Both the position numbers and the translations under genes were made by a program. A DNA stretch of 64,000 nucleotides from Nanobdellota archaeon (GTDB taxonomy: Archaea > Nanobdellota > Nanobdellia > Pacearchaeales > GW2011-AR1), in the NCBI GenBank assembly GCA_030688225.1, contig JAUYIO010000021.1, forward strand, positions 12,080-76,079, given 5' to 3'. This document shows positions 48,012 to 57,981 of this stretch, piece by piece. Within the stretch, counting starts at the first letter, position 1, and every line of letters begins with the position of its first letter. The notes beneath the pieces were generated by a model. The model was not told where the DNA came from, did not search any database, and saw only the letters and a list, made by a program, of their open reading frames with translations.

Positions 48012-48878
48012 ATGACAGGGAAAAAAACAACTCATGTTTCAGAAGAAAAGAAAAAAATTGTAAAAGAATTGGCTAATTTGATAAAGAACAAAAAAACTGT
48101 TTTAATTGCATCAATAAAAAATCTTCCTGGTTCGCAATTTCAAGAAGTTGTGAAAAAGCTGAGAAGAAAGGCCATAGTGGTTGTTCCTAAGAAGAGTTTG
48201 ATTTTTAGAGCAATAGATGAATCAGGAAATGAAGCTGTCAAAAAGATAAAAGACAATATTACTGAAAGTGTTGCAATTCTATTTTCTGATTTGGATGCTT
48301 TTGAACTTGCAGGAGAGTTAATCAAAAGCAAGAGTGCTGCAAAGGCAAAAGTCGGGCAAGAAGCTCCAAGAGATATTGAAATAGAAGCAGGACCAACAGA
48401 ACTTGTTCCAGGACCTGCAATAAGCGAATTAGGTGCTTTGGGTATTCAAATTCAAATTAAAGACGGGAAAATAGAAATCAAGGCTCAAAAAATTATTGTG
48501 AAGCAAGGAGAGAAAATTTCTCAAGGTGCATGTGACATAATGAGCAAGTTAGATATAAAACCTTTTGAAAGTGGTTTTATCCCTGTTGCAGGTTTTGATA
48601 CTAAAGAAAATAAATTATATCTAGATATAAAAATAGATAGAGCAGGAACTTTGGAAAGCTTGAAAACATCTTATTCCAAATCTTTGGCTTTTGCTGTTGA
48701 AATTGAATATTTCTCTGAAGACACGATTAAATTTATTTTAAGAAAAGCTGCGATGGAAGAGAAGAAATTAGAAAGTTTGGAATCTTCTGAAGGAAGCCAG
48801 ACTAAAGAAGCTGAAGAAGAAAAAACAGGTGAGAGTAATGAAAATGTTCCTCAAGTAAATTTAGAGGAAGGGAAATAA
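48012..48878 (+). CDS. rplP0: ribosomal protein P0 (uL10)
   Basis: uL10/P0 N-domain and acidic tail. Confidence 0.85.
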   Translation: MTGKKTTHVSEEKKKIVKELANLIKNKKTVLIASIKNLPGSQFQEVVKKLRRKAIVVVPKKSLIFRAIDESGNEAVKKIKDNITESVAILFSDLDAFELAGELIKSKSAAKAKVGQEAPRDIEIEAGPTELVPGPAISELGALGIQIQIKDGKIEIKAQKIIVKQGEKISQGACDIMSKLDIKPFESGFIPVAGFDTKENKLYLDIKIDRAGTLESLKTSYSKSLAFAVEIEYFSEDTIKFILRKAAMEEKKLESLESSEGSQTKEAEEEKTGESNENVPQVNLEEGK

Positions 48879-48882
48879 AATA

Positions 48883-49188
48883 ATGGAAAACGTATATGCG
48901 GCACTTTTGTTGCACAAACTTGGAAAAGAAGTCAATGAAGAGAATGTGAAGAAAGTTGTTGCAGCTGCTCTTGGAGAGGCAGGACAAGTAGATGAATCAA
49001 AAATCAAATCTCTTGTCGCAAGTCTGAAAGGTGTGGATATAGCAAAAGAACTTGAAAGTGCAAGTTTGGTTGCTGCTGCTCCGGTTGCAAGCGCTGGTGC
49101 GCAAGCAGGTGCAGAAAAGAAAGAAGAAAAACCTAAAGAAGAGAAGAAAGAAGCTGCGGCAGAAGGACTTAGTGCATTGTTCGGTTAA
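48883..49188 (+). CDS. rpl12: ribosomal stalk protein P1 (L12)
   Basis: MENVYAALLLHKLGKEVNEENV...Ala-rich hinge...EEKKEAAAEGLSALFG. Confidence 0.8.
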   Translation: MENVYAALLLHKLGKEVNEENVKKVVAAALGEAGQVDESKIKSLVASLKGVDIAKELESASLVAAAPVASAGAQAGAEKKEEKPKEEKKEAAAEGLSALFG

Positions 49189-49298
49189 ATTATTATTTAA
49201 TGCGCTAAGTTCTGACTTTTTCTAGATGGAATCACAAAACAATTAATCTTATAACCTCCAATTTTCTAATTCTTCTATTCTAAATTTATTTACAAAAG

Positions 49299-51236
49299 AT
49301 GTGGAATTTATATCAAAGAGAGAAATTTCTTGAACCGTTGAAATTCTCCAACGGGAAAACGCAAGAAGATATTGTGAGAGAAGTTTTAGAAGCAATTAAA
49401 GAAGGAAATAAAATTATTTTTATTCATGGGGTCTGCGGGACTGGGAAAAGTGCAATTGCTTTGAACATAGCGAGAAATCTTGGAAAATCTTCAGTAATTG
49501 TTCCTGGAAAAACTTTGCAGAACCAATATAAGAGAGATTATGAAAATGAAAAATATCTTCTGAAGAATGATGGAAGCAAATTAAAAATCAGTGTCATAAC
49601 CGGGAGAAATAATCACAAATGTAAATTTCTTGAAGACAACAAAAATTCAATTCCTGTAATAAAAAAAGAAATTGATTCTAAACTACATGATATTTTCTCT
49701 GGAAAAAGAGAAGAAATTGAAGAAACGATTGCAGGAGATATTTCTGCAGATAATTCAAATCTCCCATGCAAAATAGAACTCAAAGAAAAAAATTGGAAGA
49801 AAATTATGCAGTATATAAAACAAAATAAAAAAAATAATTCTGGAAATTTTCTTGAGATGAAAGACGTTAGAAGAGTCCCTGTAGCAAGTGCATGTCCTTA
49901 TTGGAGTCCTGTTCTTCCAGAGAAATACGAGCTAAAAGATTTTGGGGAGAATAAAAAAAGAAAATTCAAAGGCATCGGTGGAGATTTTGTCTTTCACCAA
50001 GGAAAACCTGGCTGTAGTTTTTATGAGCAATTTCATTCATACATTGATGCAGATGTAATTGTTTTTAATTCTTGGAAATATAAATTTGAATCTATAATTG
50101 GAAGGAAGCCTTTAACAGAAGCTGAAATAATTGACGAAGGAGATGAATTTTTAGATAGTTTTGCAAATCAGAGAAGCTTAAACATTGACAGAGTTCAAAA
50201 CTCTCTCTTAGGAATTTCCGAAGGAGAAGATAACATTATGAGATTTAAAAATGAAATTCTTGAAACTATAAAAAATTTGAAGAAAGATGAAAGAATTCAA
50301 GAATCTGCTTCTTCAGGAGAAATCATTCCTTTAAAAGAAACAGGTGTTTATGATTTATTGACAAGAGTTGCAGACAATACTGAATTTTTAGATTGGATTG
50401 ATGAGGAGAGTTATCTTTTCCAGGTTAAAGAAACCAGCAGAATGTTTGACGAATTCTATAATGAGACTTATGTGACTTTTAGCAAGCAAGACAATAATCT
50501 CGTAGCTAGTCTTGTAACGACTAATCTTGAAAAGAGATTTGAAGAATTAGTAAGCAAAAACAAGATAATTATTTTTATGTCTGGAACGCTTCATTCTGAA
50601 AAAGTTTTAGAGGATATTTTTGGGTTAAAAGATTTCAAAAAAATAGATGCTGAAAAAGAACAGCAAGGAAGCATAAATGTTTTAAGAACAGGATATGAAA
50701 GAGATTACAAGTATGCTAATTTCTCCAACGGAAGATTCTCAAGAGAAGACTATCTTGATTCTCTAAACAGGTGTCTGGAGATTGCTGAGAAACCTGTTTT
50801 GGTTCATGTAAATGCATTTAGTGACTTGCCCTCTGAAGAGGAAATTAAAAAATTTAAATTAAAAAATTTAATAAGTTCAGAAAAATTGAAAGAACTTCAA
50901 TTTGGAGACAAAGAAAATTCTGCTATAAAAGAATTTAAAGATGGGAGAATAAAAGTTCTTTTCACAACAAAATGTGCAAGAGGAATTGATTTTCCTGGTG
51001 ACGAATGCAAGAGTATTTTATTCACAAAATATCCTAATCCTAATGTGCAGGATGCTTTCTGGAAAATACTTATGAAAACAAAACCACAACAGTATTGGGA
51101 CTTTTACAAGGACAAAGCGCGAAGAGAATTACTTCAAAAAGTTTATCGCGGTTTGAGATTTAAAGAGGACAAAGTTAATTTGCTTAGTCCTGATTCAAGA
51201 GTTTTGGATTTTTTTGAGAACGATAGAAATCTTTAA
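49299..51236 (+). CDS. Rad3/XPD-family (DinG-like) Fe-S helicase
   Basis: Walker A GVCGTGKS; four Cys between motif Ia and II including ACPYW; DEGDEF Walker B; C-terminal helicase domain KVLFTTKCARGIDFPGD. Confidence 0.55.
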   Translation: MWNLYQREKFLEPLKFSNGKTQEDIVREVLEAIKEGNKIIFIHGVCGTGKSAIALNIARNLGKSSVIVPGKTLQNQYKRDYENEKYLLKNDGSKLKISVITGRNNHKCKFLEDNKNSIPVIKKEIDSKLHDIFSGKREEIEETIAGDISADNSNLPCKIELKEKNWKKIMQYIKQNKKNNSGNFLEMKDVRRVPVASACPYWSPVLPEKYELKDFGENKKRKFKGIGGDFVFHQGKPGCSFYEQFHSYIDADVIVFNSWKYKFESIIGRKPLTEAEIIDEGDEFLDSFANQRSLNIDRVQNSLLGISEGEDNIMRFKNEILETIKNLKKDERIQESASSGEIIPLKETGVYDLLTRVADNTEFLDWIDEESYLFQVKETSRMFDEFYNETYVTFSKQDNNLVASLVTTNLEKRFEELVSKNKIIIFMSGTLHSEKVLEDIFGLKDFKKIDAEKEQQGSINVLRTGYERDYKYANFSNGRFSREDYLDSLNRCLEIAEKPVLVHVNAFSDLPSEEEIKKFKLKNLISSEKLKELQFGDKENSAIKEFKDGRIKVLFTTKCARGIDFPGDECKSILFTKYPNPNVQDAFWKILMKTKPQQYWDFYKDKARRELLQKVYRGLRFKEDKVNLLSPDSRVLDFFENDRNL

Positions 51237-51262
51237 AACTATTTGATTAATTCTAATGATAT

Positions 51263-51342
51263 GCCTCCGGCGCATAACGGTCGTGCACCGGTCTTGAAAA
51301 CCGGGCCCTTTGGGCTACCAGGTTCGACTCCTGGCGGGGGCG
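51263..51342 (+). tRNA. tRNA-Ser (anticodon UGA)
   Basis: Acceptor GCCTCCG/CGGGGGC, 3-bp D stem, anticodon stem CCGGT/ACCGG loop CTTGAAA, variable arm GCCC-TTT-GGGC, T arm CCAGG-TTCGACT-CCTGG. Confidence 0.8.
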
Positions 51343-51383
51343 TTTTTAGAAATATTTAAAAAGAGATTTATTTCTAGAAAGTC

Positions 51384-51953
51384 ATGAATGCTCAAGATAA
51401 AGCAAGGCTTAATAGAAAACTGAAACCAAGAGTTTACAAGTATTCTAACGAGGAACTTGGTTCTGTAGGAATAAATTCTAGACTTATAATTCCTCACCCA
51501 GAATACGAATTAGAGATTAGTGGTACCCCGAAAAACCCAATTATCCAAAATACCGGGATTACTTTAGATTATTTATTTGAAAAATATAAAAAAACATTAG
51601 ACAAAGAAGAAAGAATTTGCGAAGAGGCTCTAGAAATTTTGAATAACCCTGAAGAAAGTTACCTTAAAATTTTAAATGGTTTTTCAGGTTATTGGAATCC
51701 TACGAAGTACCATACTTTTCACATCTCAGTTACACCTCTTGAAGAACAAGAATCTGAAAGAATATTAAATCTTATTCAAAAAAAAGGTTTGGGAAACATA
51801 TCTAAACACCAAAAAAGTACTAATAGTTTTTTAGAAAGAGTTATTCAAAAATTTAAAGGAAAAAATCCAAAAGAAAATATAGAGGATCCTTGGATGTTGA
51901 AAGGGTATGTTATGAATTTATGTTCTTTCTTAAAAGAAACGCTTGGGGATTAA
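51384..51953 (+). CDS. hypothetical protein
   Basis: 189 aa ORF. Confidence 0.3.
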   Translation: MNAQDKARLNRKLKPRVYKYSNEELGSVGINSRLIIPHPEYELEISGTPKNPIIQNTGITLDYLFEKYKKTLDKEERICEEALEILNNPEESYLKILNGFSGYWNPTKYHTFHISVTPLEEQESERILNLIQKKGLGNISKHQKSTNSFLERVIQKFKGKNPKENIEDPWMLKGYVMNLCSFLKETLGD

Positions 51954-52231
51954 TTTCTAAACCAACTTTTAATTCTTCTCCATAAAGAAAAATTTATACG
52001 AATAGGATTATCGTGTTCGTCCATTATAACGTATTTTATTTTTGGTTTTTCCTTCACAATTGGGGCTGCTGCTGCAAGTTCTTTATTAGCTTGTTCAAGT
52101 GCCTGAGTTACTTCAATTTTTGAATAGCCTTGACTAACGAGCGCCCATTTCAAAGAATCCTCTGTATAACCTTTTGTTAAATTTTTTTTAAAATAATCTA
52201 CAAGAACCCTTTTTGATTCGTATCTTGCCAT
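51950..52231 (-). CDS. hypothetical protein
   Basis: 93 aa ORF. Confidence 0.3.
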   Translation of the reverse strand: MARYESKRVLVDYFKKNLTKGYTEDSLKWALVSQGYSKIEVTQALEQANKELAAAAPIVKEKPKIKYVIMDEHDNPIRINFSLWRRIKSWFRN

Positions 52232-52312
52232 AACAAAAATAGAAAGCTGAAGTTTAAAAAATTAGTTGTGATGATTTAGTTTAATCTTTTTTATTAATTC
52301 TAGCGAGCCCTA

Positions 52313-53008
52313 TTATTCACTTTTCGCAGGGGCACATACCCCAAAAGCATGGCCACCAACGACGTCGATCCAGCCGCCATCAACGCCCAAACTAGCGCCC
52401 AATCTGCCCAAGTCCCAGCTGCCGCTCAAGGCAGAGATTCTTGCTTTTTCTTCATCAACAGAATCAAAACTCCAAAGTTTAGGATTTTTCTTATATTTTG
52501 AAGCAACTTCTGTAATTTTTTGCGCACCTTCTTCTCCATATCTTGCAATAATGTAAGGATTTTTTTCTAATTCTCTTAAATTTTGTTCTCCAATTTTATA
52601 ACCAAATGGAACAAATTTTACATTAGAATCATTATATCGTAATCTCTTTATTAAAGAATCTTTGTTCATATCTAATTTTCCATTTGTTATTTTAGGATAA
52701 TGTTCAAGAATAACTCCGTTGTTGATTTCTTCATTTGATTTTGGAAGATAAATATTTCCTGTGAATTCCCAAAACCAAGCATCTTTTAGAATTTTAATTA
52801 TCTCTGATTCATATTCTCCCTTTCTATTTTGAAAAGCATCATAAACCAACGACGCTGTTTCAGGAGAATTTGGACGTTTCAACCCTTCTTTGTCTATTGC
52901 TTCTGCAACATTTCCATAAGTTCCTCTAAATGCAGGATACTGGAAAGTACGTTTTCCGTTTTCGTGTGGAATTTCCTCCAAATAAGATTTTCCTATTCTT
53001 GCTTTCAT
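52313..53008 (-). CDS. hypothetical protein
   Basis: 231 aa ORF, Gly-rich C-terminus. Confidence 0.3.
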   Translation of the reverse strand: MKARIGKSYLEEIPHENGKRTFQYPAFRGTYGNVAEAIDKEGLKRPNSPETASLVYDAFQNRKGEYESEIIKILKDAWFWEFTGNIYLPKSNEEINNGVILEHYPKITNGKLDMNKDSLIKRLRYNDSNVKFVPFGYKIGEQNLRELEKNPYIIARYGEEGAQKITEVASKYKKNPKLWSFDSVDEEKARISALSGSWDLGRLGASLGVDGGWIDVVGGHAFGVCAPAKSE

Positions 53009-53076
53009 ACATTTTCCATAAATTAAAAGTTTATAAACTTTTCTATTTTGTTGTCTTTAATAAGAAGTAACAATTA

Positions 53077-54561
53077 TTATATCTTAATTGGTTTTTTATC
53101 TTGATAAAATTTGACTGCCTGGTTAAGTCTTTGTTCTGATTCTGAGTAAATTGTCAGGAGAGGTTTGCCTTTTTTTACTTTTTCATTAACATGAGAATGG
53201 ATAAACAATCCTGCAGATTTATCTAAAGGACAACCTGTAATTCTTGCAAGAAAATTTATCTTTTTGTTGTCTATCTCCTTAATCTTCCCTGATTTTTTTG
53301 AAACAACGACATGACTTAATTTTGCCAACTTAATCCTGTTTAAATCTCCTCCTTGAGCCTCAATTATCTTTTTGAATTTTTCAAAAGCTTTTCCTGAAGA
53401 GAGAATTTCTTTTGCAAGTTGAATTCCTTTTCCTTTTTTTGATTTCCCAATCATCTCAAATATCTCTCCTGCAAGAAATAATGATTTTTTTTCCAAGTCT
53501 TTTGGAAGTCCTTGTTCATTTTTTAAGACCTTTATTACATCAGTGAGTTCAAGAGCAGGACCCACCCCGTTTCCAATTGGTTGACTGCCGTCAGTAAGAA
53601 TGCACTTAAGCTTCACTTTGAAAAATTTTCCAAGCTTCTCAAATTTATGCTTGAGCTGAATTGCTTGTTGTTTATTCGCTTTTGCAGATTTCCCATAAGG
53701 GATGTCTATAAGAATGTATTTACTTCCGACAGCAAGTTTTTTCGCCATTATAGAAGCTAATAATTGTGATTGCGGATCTATCCCAAGAGATTTTTCTATA
53801 CGAATTATTTTTGAGTCTGCAGGAACCATTCCCAAAGCTCCTCCCCACACCATACAAGCTTTTGTTTTTTTCAAGATTTTTTTTATTTGCTTTATTGAAA
53901 ATTCAACATTCGCTATCATCTCTATGACGTCTGCAGTTCCTGCAGCACTTGTTATTGCTCTTGAAGAAGTTTTTGGAAATACCAAACCACCAGCAGCTGC
54001 ACAAATAGATACCACAATAGGAGTTGTCCTGTTTCCTGCAACTCCTCCTATTGAATGTTTGTCTATCACAAATTTATCTTTTAATTTAAGCTTGTTCCCT
54101 GTTTTTAATATTGCTTTTATTAAGAAAGTTATTTCCTCCAAGTTCATTCCATTCTTATGCATGGCTGAAATAAAAAGTGCAATTTCTGATTCTGCAAGAG
54201 AATTATTTACGACATCGTCAATTATTTCTAAAATTTCTTTTTCAGAAAGAGTTTTTTTATTTAGTTTCTTTTTTATTGACTCAAGACTTTTTGGAGATTC
54301 TGCAAGATTGATATTTACTTTTTGCCCTGATTTTAATCCAAGTCTTTGTTTTAATTCATGAGAAACTGCAATTTCATTTTTCCTTACAACTCCTTTAGCA
54401 GTATCAATTATTGTTGTTATTTCTGTAGGACGCGTTGAGAAAGTTCTTATAGAAATTCTGTCGCTTGGGCGAACTCCTATCTCTTCTGCAGTTTTCTCGT
54501 TTAAAATCGCTACTGGAAATCCTGTGGACCACCATTTAAGAAGCTTTATTCTTAATTCCAT
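53077..54561 (-). CDS. deoA: AMP phosphorylase (archaeal thymidine-phosphorylase family, DeoA)
   Basis: N-terminal MELRIKLLKWWSTGFPVAILNEKTAEEIGVRPSDRISI domain typical of AMPpase; HSIGGVAGNRTTPIV...TSSRAITSAAGTAD phosphorylase core; 494 aa. Confidence 0.8.
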   Translation of the reverse strand: MELRIKLLKWWSTGFPVAILNEKTAEEIGVRPSDRISIRTFSTRPTEITTIIDTAKGVVRKNEIAVSHELKQRLGLKSGQKVNINLAESPKSLESIKKKLNKKTLSEKEILEIIDDVVNNSLAESEIALFISAMHKNGMNLEEITFLIKAILKTGNKLKLKDKFVIDKHSIGGVAGNRTTPIVVSICAAAGGLVFPKTSSRAITSAAGTADVIEMIANVEFSIKQIKKILKKTKACMVWGGALGMVPADSKIIRIEKSLGIDPQSQLLASIMAKKLAVGSKYILIDIPYGKSAKANKQQAIQLKHKFEKLGKFFKVKLKCILTDGSQPIGNGVGPALELTDVIKVLKNEQGLPKDLEKKSLFLAGEIFEMIGKSKKGKGIQLAKEILSSGKAFEKFKKIIEAQGGDLNRIKLAKLSHVVVSKKSGKIKEIDNKKINFLARITGCPLDKSAGLFIHSHVNEKVKKGKPLLTIYSESEQRLNQAVKFYQDKKPIKI

Positions 54562-54562
54562 C

Positions 54563-55591
54563 TTATGATTTTACCAGCAATCCTGGGACTCTTTGATGTC
54601 TATAAACTTCAAGAATTACAAGAAGATAAGCAAGAATTAACGGCCCAAGTATTAATCCGAGAACCCCGAATAAAAATAATCCTCCTATCATACCTATCAA
54701 TATCACAGGAGATGTTATGCTTGTTCTTTTTGCGACAATAAGTGGTTTTATTATGTTGTCTATTGTTGAAGCAACAAGTCCGAAAAGAGCTACTCCTATT
54801 GCTGCGAAGTTATTTCCTCCTATCAGAAGATAAATGACAACAGGTATCCAGACTAGTCCTGTAGCTATTATAGGGAGAACACCTGCCAACACTGCAAGAA
54901 GGGAGAGAACTAATGCGTTAGAAACTCCGAATATGAAAAATCCTGCTCCTGCAATAATTCCCTGAATAATTCCGACGACAATTTGCCCGTAGATAACAGA
55001 ACTGGTTATTCCTTTTGTGTTATCAAATAGTTTTTTTTCAATTTCCGGAGGGAAAGGGAGAAGACTTTTTATGTATAAAACAAGTTGTTCTTTATCTCTT
55101 AAAACAAAAAAGAAAGTGAAAAACACCACAGAGATTTGCAATAATAATCTTGGAAAATCAAGAATCAAGTTTGCAAAAGAATTCATAAGTGAGTTTGACA
55201 CATTTGTTACAAAGGAATAAATTATTGAACCGACTTGTTGTGAAAATTCTTCAGATGCAAATAATGAAGGGAAAACTGATTTTAAGGGGGTTACAAAATC
55301 CATTTGCTGTGCGGCCAAATAAGTTTTGATTGATTGGTCTATGAGTATAGGAACTAAAAACCAGAAAGGAATTACTATGAGAAGTATGATTATTATGCAA
55401 ATTATTGAAACAGATAGATTTTTTGATTTGACAATCTTGACAAGTCTGTCATGAACAGGAGAGAAAACAAATGCAAGTATTAGTCCAAGAACTATTGAGA
55501 GTAAAATAGGTTTTAACAAGAAGAAAGACAAAACTATGAGGACTATTAACAATATAGCAGTTGTAATTCTTTTAAAAAAAGTTTCTTCCAT
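54563..55591 (-). CDS. AI-2E (PerM/UPF0118) family membrane transporter
   Basis: 342 aa, about 8 TM, architecture typical of AI-2E permeases. Confidence 0.45.
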   Translation of the reverse strand: MEETFFKRITTAILLIVLIVLSFFLLKPILLSIVLGLILAFVFSPVHDRLVKIVKSKNLSVSIICIIIILLIVIPFWFLVPILIDQSIKTYLAAQQMDFVTPLKSVFPSLFASEEFSQQVGSIIYSFVTNVSNSLMNSFANLILDFPRLLLQISVVFFTFFFVLRDKEQLVLYIKSLLPFPPEIEKKLFDNTKGITSSVIYGQIVVGIIQGIIAGAGFFIFGVSNALVLSLLAVLAGVLPIIATGLVWIPVVIYLLIGGNNFAAIGVALFGLVASTIDNIIKPLIVAKRTSITSPVILIGMIGGLFLFGVLGLILGPLILAYLLVILEVYRHQRVPGLLVKS

Positions 55592-55711
55592 TTATTATCA
55601 AGGGCGTTTAAATTTAAAAATGTTCTTATAGGAAAATTTATGTTGAAATCTTTGTTTTCTTAATAAAATTTCTGACGAAATGTTTATAAGCAAAATTGGG
55701 TAATAATTTTT

Positions 55712-56410
55712 ATGAACTTTATAAAAAAGATTTTTGAGGGAAAAATTGGTGAAGATGTTCATCTGCAGTTTCAAAAATTCAGCAAGGGAGAATTTCGTGA
55801 TAAGGCGTTGGTTAAAGCAAGAAGAACAGGAGGAAAATATACAATTACAACAACTCCTGAATTTGCAAATGAGATGGTTAGAAATGTTGCTGAAAAATTA
55901 GGGGAAAGAAAAACAAATGTTACTGGTGCGATTGTTTCTACGAGTGATTTGACTGGAAAAATTGACTTTAAAGAGAAAAAACAATTTCAAGAAGTTAAGA
56001 GATATTTGATTGATAAGGAAATGTCTGGGAGGGAGATAATTAATTTGCTTGATGAATTTCCAAAAACTTTTTTTGCATTAAGTTTTAAATCTGAAGATTC
56101 TGAATTAAAAATAAAACCTAAAGCTCCTAAATCTGCAAAGCCAGGCTCAAAAGGGGATGAAAGACCAAAACCGGATTTTTGCAAACTTATTACAACAGAT
56201 TCTGAATTAGGAAAGAGTTTTATTTTTGAGAAACCGGATTTCAAATCTGCAGATCTTAATCACACTTTTTTTATTGATGAGATAATTGCTCCTCAGGGAG
56301 AAAAAGATTTTGCAAAAATTAGAGAGGTGGCAAAGAGGAAAGGAAGAATTCTAAGAGAAGGAGAAATTGACGGGGAAAAGATTAGAGAGGAGAAGGGGTT
56401 TAGTGCTTAG
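55712..56410 (+). CDS. hypothetical protein
   Basis: 232 aa ORF. Confidence 0.3.
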   Translation: MNFIKKIFEGKIGEDVHLQFQKFSKGEFRDKALVKARRTGGKYTITTTPEFANEMVRNVAEKLGERKTNVTGAIVSTSDLTGKIDFKEKKQFQEVKRYLIDKEMSGREIINLLDEFPKTFFALSFKSEDSELKIKPKAPKSAKPGSKGDERPKPDFCKLITTDSELGKSFIFEKPDFKSADLNHTFFIDEIIAPQGEKDFAKIREVAKRKGRILREGEIDGEKIREEKGFSA

Positions 56411-56439
56411 GAAGAGGGTGTGAGAGAGGAAAATATAAA

Positions 56440-56904
56440 ATGAAGATTAGTGAGTTACTAAATAAAAAGTGGACAAATCTATTGGATAATTTTAGGAATT
56501 TAGAAAATAATGGGTGCCCAGGCGTTTATATTTTAGCTTATACAGATAAAGACTTAGAAGGAAAATCTATCAAAATTGAAGACATATTTTATGTTGGTAT
56601 GACCAATTCTCGTGGAGGTTTAAAACAGAGATTAAATCAGTTTATTAGTGGTATTCATAAATGTTACGGACATAGTGCGGGAAATAGATTTTTTCAAGAC
56701 TATAGTAAAGGAAAATCTTTTGCTATTGCTAATCACAAAAAGAAGTTTTTTGTAGCTTCTTTGTCTTTTCCATGCAAAGTTCATAAAGATGAAAGAACAG
56801 CAGAAGATTTAAGGAAGATGGGAGAAGTGGCAAAGTTTGAATACGAGGTTTTAGCTTATATTAAAGAAAATTTGGGAAGAGAGCCTGAACTGAATAAAAA
56901 ATAG
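56440..56904 (+). CDS. GIY-YIG domain nuclease-like protein
   Basis: PGVYILAY...IFYVGMTNSRGGLKQRLNQF resembles GIY...YIG...R motif. Confidence 0.45.
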   Translation: MKISELLNKKWTNLLDNFRNLENNGCPGVYILAYTDKDLEGKSIKIEDIFYVGMTNSRGGLKQRLNQFISGIHKCYGHSAGNRFFQDYSKGKSFAIANHKKKFFVASLSFPCKVHKDERTAEDLRKMGEVAKFEYEVLAYIKENLGREPELNKK

Positions 56905-57036
56905 ACTGATTTTTCTGTTAAAAAATTATCCAAAATCGGACTCGTTTTCAATTCCCCAATAAGTAAGTTTTAAAAACCTACATTTTCTCAGTATTTTATT
57001 CCAGGGAAAACAAAATGTTATCCGCACTAATTAGAA

Positions 57037-57981
57037 ATGCCTACGAGAAAATCACCGAGGAAAGGAAGTCTGCAGTTTTGGCCAAGAAAAAGGGCCAGTA
57101 AATTCTTGCCTAGTGTAAACTGGGACGCGATTCATTCTGGAAAGAATATCAAAGGTTTCATATGTTACAAGGCTGGAATGATGTCTGCTTATGTAATGGA
57201 CAACACTGCTAATTCTCTGACAAAAGGGAAAAAAATTGTGGTTCCTGTCACAATTCTTGAATGTCCTTCTATGAAGATTTTTTCTGTGAGATTCTATAAA
57301 AATGGAATAGTTATGAAAGATATTCTTGCTGAAAATCTTGACAAAGAATTGAAAAAGAAAATAAAAATTCCAAGCAAGAAATCTTCTGGAAAAATTGAAG
57401 ATATAAAAGATTATGATGATGTAAGGATTATTGTTTATTCTCAGGTTAAAAAAACAAACATCAAGAAAACTCCTGACATGATTGAAGTTGGATTAAAAGG
57501 AAGCATTGAAGAAAAAATTAATTTTATCAAGGAAAATTTAAACAAAGAAATTTCTGTTTCAGAAGTTTTTGAAAATGGGAAACTTGTGGACTTGAGAGGA
57601 TTGACAACAGGAAGAGGACTTTCAGGACCTGTAAAAAGATTCGGAATAACCTTGAAATCGCATAAATCTGAAAAAGGTGTCAGAAGACCAGGAAGTTTAG
57701 GGCCTTGGCATCCTGCAAGAGTTACTTTCAGAGCTCCGATGGCTGGACAACTTGGAATGTTCACAAGAGTTATTTACAACAACAAAATAATTGACATTGG
57801 TTCTGCAGGAAAAGATGGAAAATTCAAAGGCATAAAAAATTTTGGAGACATTAAAACAGATTACATCGTCGTGAATGGCTCAATTCAAGGACCTTCAAAA
57901 AGACAATTATTAATTACTGCTCCCTTAAGGGAAACTAAAAAGCAATTAAAAAAGAATTTTGAATTGGTGGAATTGAAATGA
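57037..57981 (+). CDS. rpl3: ribosomal protein L3
   Basis: PRKGSLQFWPRKRA... uL3. Confidence 0.9.
   Translation: MPTRKSPRKGSLQFWPRKRASKFLPSVNWDAIHSGKNIKGFICYKAGMMSAYVMDNTANSLTKGKKIVVPVTILECPSMKIFSVRFYKNGIVMKDILAENLDKELKKKIKIPSKKSSGKIEDIKDYDDVRIIVYSQVKKTNIKKTPDMIEVGLKGSIEEKINFIKENLNKEISVSEVFENGKLVDLRGLTTGRGLSGPVKRFGITLKSHKSEKGVRRPGSLGPWHPARVTFRAPMAGQLGMFTRVIYNNKIIDIGSAGKDGKFKGIKNFGDIKTDYIVVNGSIQGPSKRQLLITAPLRETKKQLKKNFELVELK

Noticed and set aside
51315-51497. 60-aa minus-strand ORF overlapping tRNA-Ser
   Set aside because: Overlaps a clear tRNA cloverleaf and the start of the next plus-strand gene; AT-rich frame artefact
52279-52285. C/D-box sRNA (GTGATGA C-box-like motif) in the intergenic region
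   Set aside because: No appropriately placed CTGA D box or terminal stem found
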